This document shows positions 1 through 12,455 of a stretch of 64,000 nucleotides of DNA, one piece after another. A model generated the notes under the pieces. That model was not told the origin of the DNA, did no database searches, and saw only the letters and a program-made list of their open reading frames with translations. The DNA lies in NCBI GenBank assembly GCA_030390025.1, contig CM059432.1:126420001-126484000 (forward strand), given 5' to 3'. Made by a program: the position numbers and the translations under genes. Source of the stretch: Squalus acanthias (lineage: Eukaryota). The stretch's first letter is position 1. Each line of letters opens with the position of its first letter.

Positions 1-1599
1 CACCTCATTTTTAGGTACGCCTGGTATTACCTCATCGCTTGTTGCACTTTTTTTTAGAATTGGTGTTAAAGGGCAACTAGAAAGAGAGATATTTTGTCTA
101 GAATTGTCCCTCATATCAAGACGTTCCACTTCAGTGAGATCATGAATATGGAAACTGGATTGTAGTCAGCATTCTCCATTCATCATGTCACGCAAGAGGG
201 AGTTCCACACAAGGTCTATCGTTTCCAATCAGGGTTACCTTAATGCCAGCGGTAACCCATTTATTTTAATGCCCCATTTTAAATGGGTTACCACCGCTAT
301 TAAAAAGACACCGATCAAAAAACTTCTAGGTTAAAATGTCTGTTCCCAGGCTGTCTCTAGCCAGCAATCCTTAAACAGTCAGCCAAGTGTAACTGAGAAA
401 CAGCAGTAAGTGTACAGCTGCCTCCTTTCACAACCTTTAGGACTATGTGGCAATTCAGTAGACTGTTAGGGTGACTCCACGATCCGATATTCACAGTGAA
501 CATATGCTGAAAAATGGCTTCAGCCAGTGATTAATGCATGAAAATCACAGGCAATTCTCCGAGATGCACTCCCTGTGAGAGCCCCTTCCCTCTGGGAACA
601 TCCCATTAACACAATCATCCCTTAACACTTCCCCTTTAAGAAATTAGGCTTTTAAGAAAATAAATGTTGCATAAGTTTCTAGTCATAAACTTTTTGTTGC
701 AAAAGCAATCAAAAATGTTTGATATATAATTGTGTAGAAGTCTCTAGCTGGCCAAGTATTTGGTATAATATCCTGAAAATAAACTTAAATACTAAGGCAG
801 AATAATATTTACCCAGATCTGCACTATTTATAAAGTGGAAGTTTGGCAGACACCAATGGTACAGAGAACAACCCAATATAAAGGAGGTATTTAACTGTTC
901 ATATTGCTAAATATTTACTTGTCAAACATTTATTTTATTTGTCCCTTGGCTCCAGGTAGTGCTTCTAGTGCTCTGATTTACTTATTAGTTTACAGCACAT
1001 CTCTGCTGAGAAGAGGCAACACAAGTTCAGGCAACCAAGGTAAGGTAGATTTACTTAGCGGATTAAGATAGGCACTAAAATTACTCGTGACTATAGTTAG
1101 TGGTATTTGCCTCATTTGCTGTGTATTGAGCAATCAAGTAACATTCATCAAGTCACCTTTTAAATGTGTACTGACCTAGGTTTTCTGATTGGCTGGATCT
1201 CTCCAGCGGGGCAGGACTTCCACCCATCTCACTGACCCTGGCCATATTTCCGGCCCCGGGGTAATATGCATTGGGAGGAGGATCAAGCCAAATAGAAGGG
1301 GAGAAAAGGACCAAGACGGCTGCAGTGGGAGAAAGAGGTAGCAATCGAGCTGCCTTAAAAAAAAAGCAACCAATTTTTTAATTGAAATTCCTGAGGCTGC
1401 TCTTGGGACCCATGCACTACGTCACTCTTACACTGATTTCACAGATCTCTCTTGAATGTCACCTTTCAGGCCCCCTCCAGCGACCTTTAAACACTGGAAC
1501 CCGGGGCCCAATAGGGACAGTGACATCAGTACTGGGACAGGAAGGAGCTGTACCTGAACTGTGCTGGAATCCCAGCGGAAAGAATAACTAGAGCAGTAA

Positions 1600-2570
1600 A
1601 TAAGACTTTAAACTGATAACATGGGGGCAGGGAATTGCTAGAAATCACAGAAACCTAACAATAAAAGAATCAGGAAAAGAGAGTAAAGGACAAACTAAAG
1701 GAAGGAATGAGGATAACACAAAATGCCAGAGATCAGAAGAAATCATAGAGCGTAAAGGTAAAATAACTAATAAAAACAAAGAGAGAAGAATAATAGATTA
1801 AAATAATTTAAACTGTTGGTATAACAATGTACGTAGTATTCAAAACAAAATGGATAAACTGGTGGCAATTATTTGTAGAGAAGATCCGGATATAGTAGGG
1901 ATGACTGAAACATAGCTATATAGAGAACAGGATTGGGAACTAAATATTGCCAGATATAACACAATTCGGAAGGAAAGGGAAGGAAGATGGGGAGGTGGAG
2001 TAGCTATACCAGTTAAAGATAACATAATGGCAGTAGAAAAAAAATGATGTAACTAGCAGTAAGATAGATACAGAATCCATACGGATTGAGTTAAAAGATA
2101 AGAAGGGATCCATCACCCTATTAGGGGTACACTATAGACCACCAAATAGTGGAGGGCAATTGGATGAAGAAATATGATGGGAAATCCTACGAGGTGAGTA
2201 GCAGGCATAGAATAATAATCATGGGTGCTTTGAACTACCCCCCAAAAAACTGGCAAGTAGTAGTGGCGAAAGGAGAAAAGGGCTTCAAGTTTTTACAGTA
2301 TGTGCAGGACTTCTTTCTCACTCAGTACATAAGTCCAACAAGAAAAGAATCACTGCTGGATCTTGTAATGGGTAATGAACTAGAACAGATAGGAGAAGTA
2401 AGAGTAGGAGAGCATCGTAGTAGTAGTGCTCACAACACAGTAAGGGTCAAGATTAGGATCGAGAGTGACATAGGACAAAGACTAAGGTAATAGATTGGAA
2501 AAGAGCAAATTATGAGGAAATGAGGGCGTAACTAAAGAAGGTAAACTAGGAGGACATCTTGAAAAACAAA
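1600..2570 (+). mobile_element. CR1 LINE, ORF2 5' part (APE endonuclease), degenerate
   Basis: Translates with stops/frameshifts to NVRSIQNK..L, GGGVA, GVHYRPP, IIIMG.LNYP, LLDLVM, typical of CR1 apurinic endonuclease; 5' edge approximate. Confidence 0.8.
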
Positions 2571-4165
2571 GGGGGCAATTTTTCGGGGGATCAGCGGGTC
2601 GGGTGGGAAAATGTTTTTATTTTGACAGCGGGTCGGGACCCCGCTGTCACGCGCCTTTCCCAGATGTCGGGTCTGTCAGCACTGAACAGACTTGACACAC
2701 AGCTGTGGGGGAGGCAATTCAGGTCATTATGACCTTGTTAACAGCCCATTAAGTATTTTGAGCTCACCTTTACATTTTACGATGTCGCCCACAGGGTCCA
2801 TGCTGCTCGGGGATCACGTCAGGTAAGCAATCGGGAGTTGTATGATCATGGGATCATCTCATTGCTTGACAGCTGCAAATGTGCTATAAAAGCTTCCATC
2901 TCACATCTGTTTACTTTCCAAGCTCAGAAGCTGTTGCTTACTGCATTTGGAAGACAGATTGAGCTTTATGCAGGTTGCAAGTGTTTGGAGTAAACTCTTA
3001 TCCAGTGTCACCTCATTGGAACAACCTCTCTCACCATTGACAGATCGCTTCTGTCATCTCAAGTTCACCTGCCATCTATTACATCAGCATCAGTGCCCTT
3101 GAAACTATCTCATCTTGGTCCTCAGAATCCCCCCATGATCAGCCCCAACACCAGCAGCACCAGGCACACCAGCAGCACCAACAACAACACCAACCTTCTC
3201 CGCAATCAACTGATGCTGCACAAGACAGAGGGCAGTAGCACCCCACCACATTGCTGCCTGGGAGGCCAGGGATGGCCTCACCATGGCCAAATTTACTTCA
3301 CTTGATACTGTACACCCTGGCTGCCACATGATGCGCCAGGTTGGCACCACCCCACACCAACACCATAAAGCATCCCTATAATGCCCAAGCCATTTCTTTC
3401 ACACTCACCACCATTGCGGCAGGTACCATTATGTCTCACCATTCACTGCAACTCACTAAGCCACTTCCAAAGGTTTACACAAATCTGTCCAAGAACGCAA
3501 AGTGTTGAAAATAAAGATTTCAATGTTTGACAGCACATTAACAGAAACTTCACATGAACATTGGCTAAAACACACAAGCGGCTACCCTTGTGGGTTGTTA
3601 GTTGGTATGATTGCACTAGGATGAGGGCGAGTGTGAGGGGTGGCTAGTGAGATGGGGATGTGATAATGTAGAGAGAAAGTGTGTGAGAGAGAGAGAGAGA
3701 GGGATGGGTGGAGGTGCAAGGTAAGTTGGTGTGAGTAAGGATGTGCAGGAGTAGGGTAGGGAAGGCAGAGCGATGGGGATGTGATGAGTGGCACAGCAGG
3801 ATGAGGTTGAGTGTGGCATGGCAGTAACGTTTCGTGATCTACTGAGATCATTGAAAGGTTTGTGCCACTGCAGCCTGGTCCTCCTTATGACATCTCTGCT
3901 TGTGTCCTCCTGTGTCATGTGCAACCAGGCTGCGTTGATCTCCTGGGGAGGTCTCTTTCGCCCATTGGAAGGGAAGAGAACCTCCCTGCGTGCTGTGACT
4001 CCCTCCATATGCTTATGCTTATGGAAGGAGTCATGGGAGAGCCTGAGTGCAGCCCTGCACCTTTGTGCAGTGCTAGTCAGTGTTTGTAGAACACTGTCAG
4101 CACACCTGTCAAAATTAATTTGCGCATGGTCCCTTTAAGGAAACCGGCTGATGACACGTCATTGA
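2571..4165. mobile_element. PIF/Harbinger DNA transposon remnant (Myb/SANT-like ORF on minus strand)
   Basis: Starts with TIR-like GGGGGCAATTTT; ORF 3616-4008(-) EGVTARREVLFPSNGRKRP..AW..RT.LQ..K.FNDL.RS is the Myb/SANT-type protein of Harbingers; interrupts a CR1. Confidence 0.7.
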
Positions 4166-4622
4166 ATGCACTTTGGTAGGAAAAACAGAAACATCACCTA
4201 CACCTTAGAAAATAAGAATGGGATAGAACAGCAAAGGGATCTATCGATACCGGTGAATAAATAATTAAAAGCAGTATTGCAGGTCAGCAAAGCAATTAAC
4301 AAAGCACTGGGATTTATTTCCAGGGGTATAAAATTAAAAAGTAGTGAAGTTATGTTAAACTTGTATAGGACCCTGGTCAGGCCCCACTTAGAGTACTGTG
4401 CACATTTCTGGTCTCCTTACTATAAAAAGGTCATAGAAGCACTGGAGAAAGCGCAAAAAAGATTTACAAGAATGGTAACAGAACTGAGAGATTACAGCTA
4501 TCAGGAAAGATTGAACAGGTTGGGGCTTTTTTCTTTAGAAAAGAAAACTTAGAAAAGACCTGATGGAGGTCTTTAAAATTATGAATGGGTTGGGAGGATA
4601 GATGTGAAGAGAATATTTCCAC

Positions 4623-4900
4623 AATAGCAAAATACTGCGGATGCTGGAAATCTAAAATAACAGAAAACGCTGGAAAAACTCAGCAGGCCAGGCAGCATCC
4701 GTGGAGAGAGTAACAGAGTTAACGTTTCAGGTCGAAGATCCTTCGTCAGAACTGGAAAAAAGCAGGAAATGGAACAGATTTTAAAGCAAGTTTAGGGGCT
4801 GGGAAATGGGGGAGGGGATGAAAGAACAAAAGGGAAGGTCAGTGATAGGATGGAAGGCAGGAGAAGTAAAGAGGCATTAAGAGATATTCAAGGCAAGAGG
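4623..4900 (-). mobile_element. Penelope-like element terminal (pLTR) fragment, family A
   Basis: Highly similar to 51963-52215 and to the 3' ends of the GIY-YIG-bearing copies; the host CR1 is contiguous across it (compare 51471-51500). Confidence 0.85.
4717..4753 (-). ncRNA. Minimal type I hammerhead ribozyme (PLE family A)
   Basis: Minus strand AGUU-CUGACGA-AGGAUCUUCGACCU-GAAA-CG-UU^AACU: core boxes, AGUU/AACU helix I, imperfect helix II. Confidence 0.75.
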
Positions 4901-5814
4901 TGGGAGAATCCAAAACTAGGGGCCATAAATGCAAGATTGTTACTAATAAATCCAATAGGGTAATAAGGAGAAATGTGTTTACTCAGAGTGGTTAGAATGT
5001 GGAACTCAACTCGCTACCATAGGAAGTGGTTGAGACAAATAGTTTGCATGCTTTTAAAAGGAAACTAGACGTGTACATGAGAGAAAAATATACTGAAAGG
5101 CTGAGATGAGATAGATGGAATGGGAGGAGACGTGTGTGGAGTATGAACACCAGCACAGACTAGTTGGGCCGAATGGCCCGTTTCTTTGCTATATATTCTA
5201 TGTAATTCTATGTAACAGGTTGGCTCTGCATCCAACATTTGAACTGCCCTCTGGAAAAGGGCGAGGGGGCAGGGACATGGCAGAGAGCATTCCAAAGCAC
5301 ATTTCCGGTCATGTCCATTTTGAATCCACCGGAAAACTGGTGGGAAAACCAGTGTGACTGGGCCAACAAGCCTAAAGCACTATATCATATGATCATTCAA
5401 AATAAACGGAAAGCAAAACCAGCAGCCAGCACGAAAGTCATTTGAGATCATTTCCTTTAACCTTTACAAACCATGAAAAATCTATTTTAAGCACATACCA
5501 AGCATAAATATGAGCACACATTTGATAGACAGACTACTGTTTTGTTTGATAGTTGTGTGGTCATTCATTAAGATGAGGAATGTCAGTCCTGTGCAACGAA
5601 ATATTCTGTACACTTTTTGCATCTAGCAAGTCCAGGAATTACATAGCCAGGTGCAAAGTAAAACTGGCTACTCTGCCTCAAAAATGTGGTTTTGTCCTGC
5701 CCTCAGAACAGCATAATTTACTACATTGTGATATTCCCATTTCTTACACCAGCCATCCTTGATGTTTCGCTGAATGAGACTGATATTTTAGTACTGTATT
5801 ATAGATAGTTTGTA

Positions 5815-5912
5815 GCAAAAATTACTTCAAAGTAATTAGTTGTATGTAAAGCCCTTTGGGATGTTCTGAGAGGTGTGATAAGGTGCTATGTAAATGCAAG
5901 TTCTTTCTTTTC
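5815..5912 (+). mobile_element. DeuSINE/SacSINE1-like SINE 3' tail
   Basis: ACTTCAAA..TGTAAAGCCCTTTGGGATG..AAGGTGCTATGTAAATGCAAGTTCTTTC resembles the tail at 61480-61572. Confidence 0.6.
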
Positions 5913-6267
5913 TTAATTTGGGCTATAGGATTACACCCATTAGAAGCTGAATTGAGACTGCCCTAGCCCATTTCAAGTATGATCTTTACAGATGTCATCC
6001 CGTCAGTCTAGGTTGGATTAGAACCCGGATCTGAGAGGTGTAGATCAACAATCTATTTATATACACTATATACATACATATTTTAAAGTAAGCTTTTTTT
6101 TAAAAACTCACTTATGCATTGTTGAAGTGCAGACAGGAATTATCACCGCTTTGATGTTTGATACTTCATCTCTTGGCCACATGTTTAACAGAGTTCATCC
6201 TGCTGTAGGATTGGCCCATTGCCCAGGAGCTTCATCATAGTTTTGTTTGACTTGAATGGTCTCTCAC

Positions 6268-6388
6268 CCTTTGCCCTTAACAAAAGAAAATCTCCCACTA
6301 ATGGACAGAATTTTGGTGAAAAATCAAAGAACAAAGCATCCCAGTAATCGATTAGTAGCCAATATGCTACTTCCAACGACCCTGGCAT
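6268..6388 (-). other. Candidate coding first exon (40 codons plus phase-1 donor) of an unidentified minus-strand gene
   Basis: ATG at 6388, open frame MPGSLEVAYW...FLLLRAK, donor AGG|GTGAGA at 6267; non-repeat sequence downstream of the 8-kb promoter motifs; no convincing homology. Confidence 0.25.
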
Positions 6389-7974
6389 CAACACACACTG
6401 TAATCTTGTGGGATCACTGATTCTCTCCCTGCTTCTCCCAACAGCAGCTGAGGTTCCAGACTTTTTTTTAAATTGTAAGTTTACCAAACTGCTATGATCA
6501 ATGAAATAAAGCACCCAGAGGGTCATAAGCTTCTTAATTTTTTGAAAATGTAATTCATTAGAAGCCTTTAATGAGAAATTCCCCCGCTCACCAGCAACCA
6601 AGATGTGGCTTTTATCTGATGGCTCCCATCAAACAAGCACTCAACTGTGTAGGACATGAATCAGCGTCTAAGCAAAGCTCTTTGATTAAATTATTCAAAG
6701 GGGTTTTGCTTAGGCACTCATTCAATCCTCATACCGGCTCTGTTTGATAGGAACCATTAAATAAAAGGGTTATTTTACTTGCCCCCGGGGAGAATTCCTG
6801 TTAACCCCTTTCACATACATTATATCTATATCTATCTATCACACCGTAAGCTATCAAACACTGCAATGTGTTGTACTCTGTGGGTTGGTCTGCTGTGCAG
6901 AAACTGTTGTAAGAATTCACCAACAATTAGAATGAAGCTATACATCTTTTACTGTCTGCACCCGTCCAAGAATTTGTATAAGATTTGTGCTAAAGTAAAA
7001 CCATTTTTTTTAAATTACAGCATCTTAATGTTGTTCAGTCATTCTTGCATGTAGAAAGCTAGAACAGATTTCTGCGCATTTCCTTTCTTTGTTGACAATA
7101 TTCAGTGTTAGAAATTCTCAAACAAAAACCCCATCAAGAGAAGATATATACACATTGTAAAAACTAAAATGACAAAGTGAGAGTGGAATGCAGACTATCA
7201 GTTTGCCAGGACTGCTTTGCCTTATTGCAGAAAAATACACGTAAATCCTTAATTTATTTCAGAAGGCAAATGTAACGTCACTTAGCACATTTAGAGAGTA
7301 ACAGTCCCTGTAATTTTGTATCTCTGACATTTTGCACTCAACTTCTTATTTCCAAACGGTCCACCAAGTAGCACAGGTAAAAGTCTTTCAAGGCACAAAC
7401 ATATATATTGTTGGGCACAGATTTATACTCATCTGTATGTGGGCACCTCCGCTGGTTGCAGACCTGATCCACCATTCATACGCCAGCTCCAAAGCTACTC
7501 GGGCAAACATATACTTTTCCTTCACTATTTTGTTATTCTATCTGTCAGACTGATTCAACTGTTTTACAGAGTAAAGAATGGGGGGGGGGGGGGGGGGGTG
7601 GGGAGAGAGAGAAACCCAGAGAACAAAGCTAGCACAGCCCGCTGAAACCTCTGCCTCAAAACTTTTCCTTTCTCCCCCTCTTACCACAAAGATTGAGGGA
7701 GGTGATTCTACATTGTGGCGAGGGCAAATGGTTAAGATACTGTGGGGTGGGATGGTGGGGAGAGTTGAAGACATCAGTTACCTCACACACTATATGCAGA
7801 CCCTCAGGAGTTGTGTGTCTTTTTTTTAACAGCCCATGGTAGCTGGCAGGTTCCTGGAGGCGGCAGCTGGCAGTCAGGGTCCACCTGGTTGAGCAAAGGC
7901 CCTTTCCTTCCCTCAGAGCCTGGACTGTACACACTCTCTCTCACTCACACACTGACACTAAGGAGCCACTCTCG

Positions 7975-8080
7975 CCTTGCGTCACCGTGGCGGTCACGTG
8001 GGCGGAGCAAGCAGCCAGCCAGCGTTGCCACGGCAACCGGCGCACTGAACTGCACTGATTTCTGAATAGGCCAATCTGTC
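7975..8080. promoter_or_regulatory. Probable proximal promoter: E-box, GC box, RFX X-box, CCAAT
   Basis: GTCACGTG 7993-8000, GGGCGG 8000-8005, near-palindromic GTTGCCACGGCAAC 8024-8037, CCAAT 8071-8075, local CpG enrichment in non-repeat DNA. Confidence 0.65.
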
Positions 8081-9800
8081 ATCCCGGGGCCTGCTCAGCC
8101 CAGCCGGCTAAATCCTTCCTCTTTCACTCCAGATTTTTTTGGGGGGGTGAGGGACGCTTTCGCCTGGGCAACACTCCTTAACAGGTTAATCTATGTCAAG
8201 ACAGTCTCTCATCTTGAGGATGCACTGCCTGCAGCTAAAAGCTCTTCAGCAAATAGCAAGCACCTCACTCAGGCACTTTTCCTGTTGTGTTTATATTCAA
8301 CAAGGTACATTTAGCCCTCCCCCCGCTTCCCCATCATTAGTAACCAGAGGAATTTCAGCTTCTGCAGTCGTAAGATTCCTAGTTCTATAGTCGGCTGCAC
8401 GTTTTGTCAGTTGACCTAATTCAAATACCATCTGGATTCCATATGAAGAGAACCAAGGGGGGGGGGGGGGGGGTGAGTGTTAGCCAAGGGACAGTGAAAG
8501 CTCAAAAAATGCCTAAAAGTTACAATTCTAAGGAACTGAAACACGCTCTCTCTTCATCACATCAAAAACAAGTTTCTGCAGCCTACAGAGCCCAATTGTG
8601 CTGCATGTTTAAGGATTCTCTTCTGCAAAAATCTAACTGGAATGCGATTGACAATCTCTATTGTGTAGCTAAGATTTCTGTGGACCATAGTATTGTGCAG
8701 AGATGCAGACTACAACCAGGGATCTTCTGTCATCTCTGCAAATTAATATAATTGATGGGGGGTGAGGGAGGGGAGGTAATGTTCTCAAAGTAAACAAAGG
8801 GTCCTTCACTCTCCATAATGTTAGTGAAGGGGTACTACAAGGTTAGCAATGTTGGAGTACAGTAATACACTGATGAGTTTTACCTTGTGATCAGTTTGAC
8901 AAACAAATGGGGTGCAATATTGGTGTATAATATTAGTAACAAACACTTGTATTAAATTCCTTTCTCTATTTTAGTAATAACATTAGGCTATGTATTTAAA
9001 AAAAATTTGAATTGACAAACTATTTTTTCAACTAATTATTTTGTAAAAAAAATAAGATGCTGGCATCCTGTTAGAACTTGGTAATTCCAATCCTTTTTGG
9101 GCAAAATCCAAGAATATCTGAAACACCAAGGTCCAACAAAATGTCGGCAGTTTATTATTTTTTTAAACAGAATAATTACATAAAATGGTTTGTCAATTGT
9201 AATAAAGTGGACAGGGGAATGTCTATGGATGTTATTTATATGGATTTTCAGAAGGCATGTGATAAAGTCCCTCATAAGAGACTGTTAACTAAGGTTGAAG
9301 CCCATGGAATTGAAGGCAAATTATTGACCTGGTTAGGAAATTGGCTGAGCGGCAGGAGACAGAGAGTAGGGATAATGGGCAGGTACTCTAATTGGTAGGA
9401 TGTGACTAGTGGTGTCCTGCAGAGATCTGTGTTGGGGCCTCAACTATTCACCGTATTTATTAACAACTTGGTTTGATGGGATAGAAAGCCACATATGCAA
9501 ATTTGCCAATGACACAAAGATAGGCGGCATTGTAGTCAGTGTAGATGAAGCATAAAATTACAAAGGGATATTGATTGATTAAGTGACTGGGCAAAACTGC
9601 GGCAAATGGATTTCAATGTAGGAAAATGTGAGGTCATCCACTTTGGAACTAAAAAGGATAGGACAGGGTACTTTCTAAATGGTGAAAAGCTAGAAATAAT
9701 GGTGAGACTTGAGCGTCCAGGTACATAGATCATTAAAATGTCATGAACAGGTACAGAAAATAATCAAAAAGGCTAATGGAATGCTGGCAAGCTATACAAA

Positions 9801-10112
9801 ATTGAGAGGTCGCACAACACCAGGTTATAGTCCAACAGTTTTATTTGAAATCACAAGCTTTCGGAGCTATCACTCCTTCCTCAGGTGAAGTAAATTGGAT
9901 ACAGAATCGCCAGAGCATATATAGATGGAAAAAAAAGCATGTGTACTTTACAATTGCAGACCAATAAATTAAATCATCCTGACTATCTGCCGAGGTGTGA
10001 TAAAGTTAATTAAGTCAGCCAGGAAGGTACCACATCAAAAGACATAGCAAGATACAACTGAGACAATGAGGTGTAGTCGCAGGGGTTCCAACGTGTCAAA
10101 AGCTGCCGTCTG
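9801..10112 (-). mobile_element. Penelope-like terminal fragment, family B
   Basis: 9796-9888 nearly identical to 50783-50875; contains a hammerhead followed by AATAAA; flanked by TATACAAA at 9793-9800 and 10113-10120. PLE assignment is inferred from the hammerhead, no ORF seen. Confidence 0.7.
9851..9888 (-). ncRNA. Minimal type I hammerhead ribozyme (family B)
   Basis: UCAC-CUGAGGA-A-GGAGU GAUA GCUCC-GAAA-GC-UU^GUGA. Confidence 0.8.
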
Positions 10113-10821
10113 TATACAAAGCCCTGGTTAGACCACACCTGGAGTACTGAGCACAGTTCTGGGCACCACACCTTAGGAAGGATATATTGGCCTTGGAGGG
10201 AGTGCAGCGTAGGTTTACCAGAATGATACCCGGACTCCAGGGGTTAAATTACGAGGAGAGATTACACAAATTAGGGTTGTATTCCCTGGAATTTAGAAGG
10301 TTAAGTGGTGATTTGATTGAAGTTTTCAAGATATTGAGGGGAACTGATATGGTAGATAGAGAGAAAGTATTTCTGCCGGTTGGGGAGTCTAGGACTTGGG
10401 GGCATAGTCTAAAAATTAGAGCCAGACCTTTCAGGAGTGAAACTAGGAAACACTTCCACACACAAAGGGTGATTGAAGTTTGGAACTCTCTTCCGCAAAC
10501 TGCAGTTGATGCTAAATCAATTGTTAATTTTAAATCTGAGATTGATAGACTTTTGTTAACCAAAGGTATTAAGGGATATGGGGTAAAAGCGAGTATATGG
10601 AGTTAGGTCGCAGATCAGCCATGATCTCACTGAATGGCAGAACAGGCTCAAGGGGCTAAATTTCCTACTCCTGTTCCTATGTTCCTAATATTGGCTAGTA
10701 GATACAGTGTGGTTATTATTTATAAAATGCTTATTCACCTGTGTTCTCAACTCAAGACACAGGGCAAATTCAATGCTTCCTTTAAAGCAGAAGTATTCGA
10801 ACTGCTGGTGTGCAGATAAGA

Positions 10822-11945
10822 GCTCATGGGGTTGGGGGTAATGTATTAGCATGGATAGAGGATTGGCTAACTAACAGGAAACAGAGAGTCAGGATACGTG
10901 GGTCATTTTCAGGTTGGCAAACTGTAACTAGTGGGGTGCTATAGGGATCAGTGCTGAGCCTCAGCTGTTTACAATCCATATTAATGACTTGGATGAAGGG
11001 ACCGAGTGTAATGTAGCCAAATTTGCTGATGATACAAAGGTAGGTGGGAAAGCAAGTTGTGAAGAGGACACAAAGAATCTGCAAAGGGATATAGATAGGT
11101 TAAGTGAGTGGGCAAAAATTTGGCAGAAAAAATGTGGGAAAATGTGAGGTTATCCACTTTGGTAGGAAAAATAAAAAAGCAAGTTATTATTTAAATAGAG
11201 AGAGACTACAAAATGCTGCGGTACAGAGGGATCTGGGGGTCCTTGTACATGAAACACAAAAAGTTAGCATGCAGGTACAGCAAGTAATTAGGAAGGCCTT
11301 TATTGCAAGGGGGATGGAGTATAAAAGTAGGGAAGTCTTGCTACAACTGTACAGGGCGTTGGTGAGACCACACCTGGAGTACTGCGTACAGTTTTGGTCT
11401 CCTTATTTAAGGAGGGATATACTTGCATTGGAGGCAGTTCAGAGAAGGTTCACTAAGTTGATTCCTGAGATGAAGGGGTTGTCTTATGAAGAAAGGTTGA
11501 GCAGGTTGGGCCTATACTCATTGGAGTTTAGAAGAATGAGAGGTGATCTTATTGAAACGTATAAGATTCTGAGAGGGCTTGACAGGGTAGATGCAGAGAG
11601 GATGTTTCCCCTCATGGGGGAATCTAGAACTAGGGGGCATAGTTTCAGAATAAGGGGTCACCCATTTAAAACGGAAATGAGGAGGAATTTCTTCTCTCAG
11701 AGGGTCGTGAATCTTTGGAATTCTCTACCCCAGAGAGCTGTGGAGGCTGAGTCATTGAATATATTTAAGGTGGAGACAGACAGATTTTTGAACGATAAGG
11801 GAGTCAAGGGTTATGGGGAACGGGCAGGAAAGTGGAGTTGAGGCCAAGAGCAAGACCAGATCAGCCATGATCTTATTGAATGGCGGAACAAGTTCGAGGG
11901 GCCAAATGGCCTACTCCTGCTCCTATTTCTTATGTTCTTATGTGC
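10822..11945 (+). mobile_element. CR1 LINE 3' portion (RT C-terminus and tail)
   Basis: KFADDTK motif near 11020, ORF 11104-11841, tail GGCCTACTCCTGCTCCTATTTCTTATGTTCTTATG. Confidence 0.95.
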
Positions 11946-12234
11946 AGGACATGATGTTGAGGATTTCAGCAAGTTCTCAACAATGGAGAGTGCTATAAAA
12001 TCTGTACCAGTGACAGCTGAGTCCTGACCAGTTAAGAGCTAACTAGGGACCTAAAGTTCAATTATCACAAGGCATGTTTACAATTAGAAGAAACAATCCT
12101 CTCGCTACAATATGATTGTTTTGTACTAATTGTTATTGCAATGCCAGAGATTTTATTTGACTTCAAGACTCAGCAATGGGACCAATAATACAATTCACTG
12201 CATCTCAAAAATCTTTTTGAAGTATACACCACCC

Positions 12235-12455
12235 AGTGTAGTGCTCATTCGTACAGACGAGGAGACCCTTGCCTTGATCCATGTGCAGCGTTAGCTGATC
12301 TCAGCTGAGGCGCAGTAGGAGTGCCATAATTGGCTTCAATGCCAGTGGGCTAGACAAGGGAAAATAAAATCAGCCAGTTCCCACTCTGCAGCAAGGTACT
12401 GGAGATAACTGGAACCATAGCCTTGAATAAGTCAGTGTCTTCAGGAAAGAGTGGA
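12235..12455 (+). mobile_element. LF-SINE-like relic with internal deletion
   Basis: GTTAGCTGATCTCAGCTG..AATTGGCTTCAATGCC..GGGCTAG..AAAATCAGCCAG and 3' GTCAGTGTCTTCAGGA resemble the LF-SINE consensus as remembered. Confidence 0.6.

Larger units (their letters stand above)
4166..5215 (+). mobile_element. CR1 LINE 3' part, interrupted by a PLE fragment at 4623-4900
   Basis: ORF 4277-4552 LYRTLVRPHLEYCAHFWSPY; 3' tail GGGCCGAATGGCC..TTCTATGTAA; same subfamily as 50920-51800. Confidence 0.9.
9197..10690 (+). mobile_element. CR1 LINE RT/3' fragment interrupted by a PLE at 9801-10112
   Basis: MDVIYMDFQKACDKVPHKRL, ALEGVQRRFTRMIPG, 3' tail GATCAGCCATGATC..CCTACTCCTGTTCCTATGTTCC. Confidence 0.9.

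Noticed and set aside
240..303. Inverted repeat GGTAACCCATTTA / TAAATGGGTTACC as a miRNA-like hairpin
   Set aside because: Short stem with no other support; more likely an old DNA-transposon remnant
7580..8472. Long poly-G runs flanking the promoter
   Set aside because: Similar homopolymers occur elsewhere in the window and their lengths are unreliable
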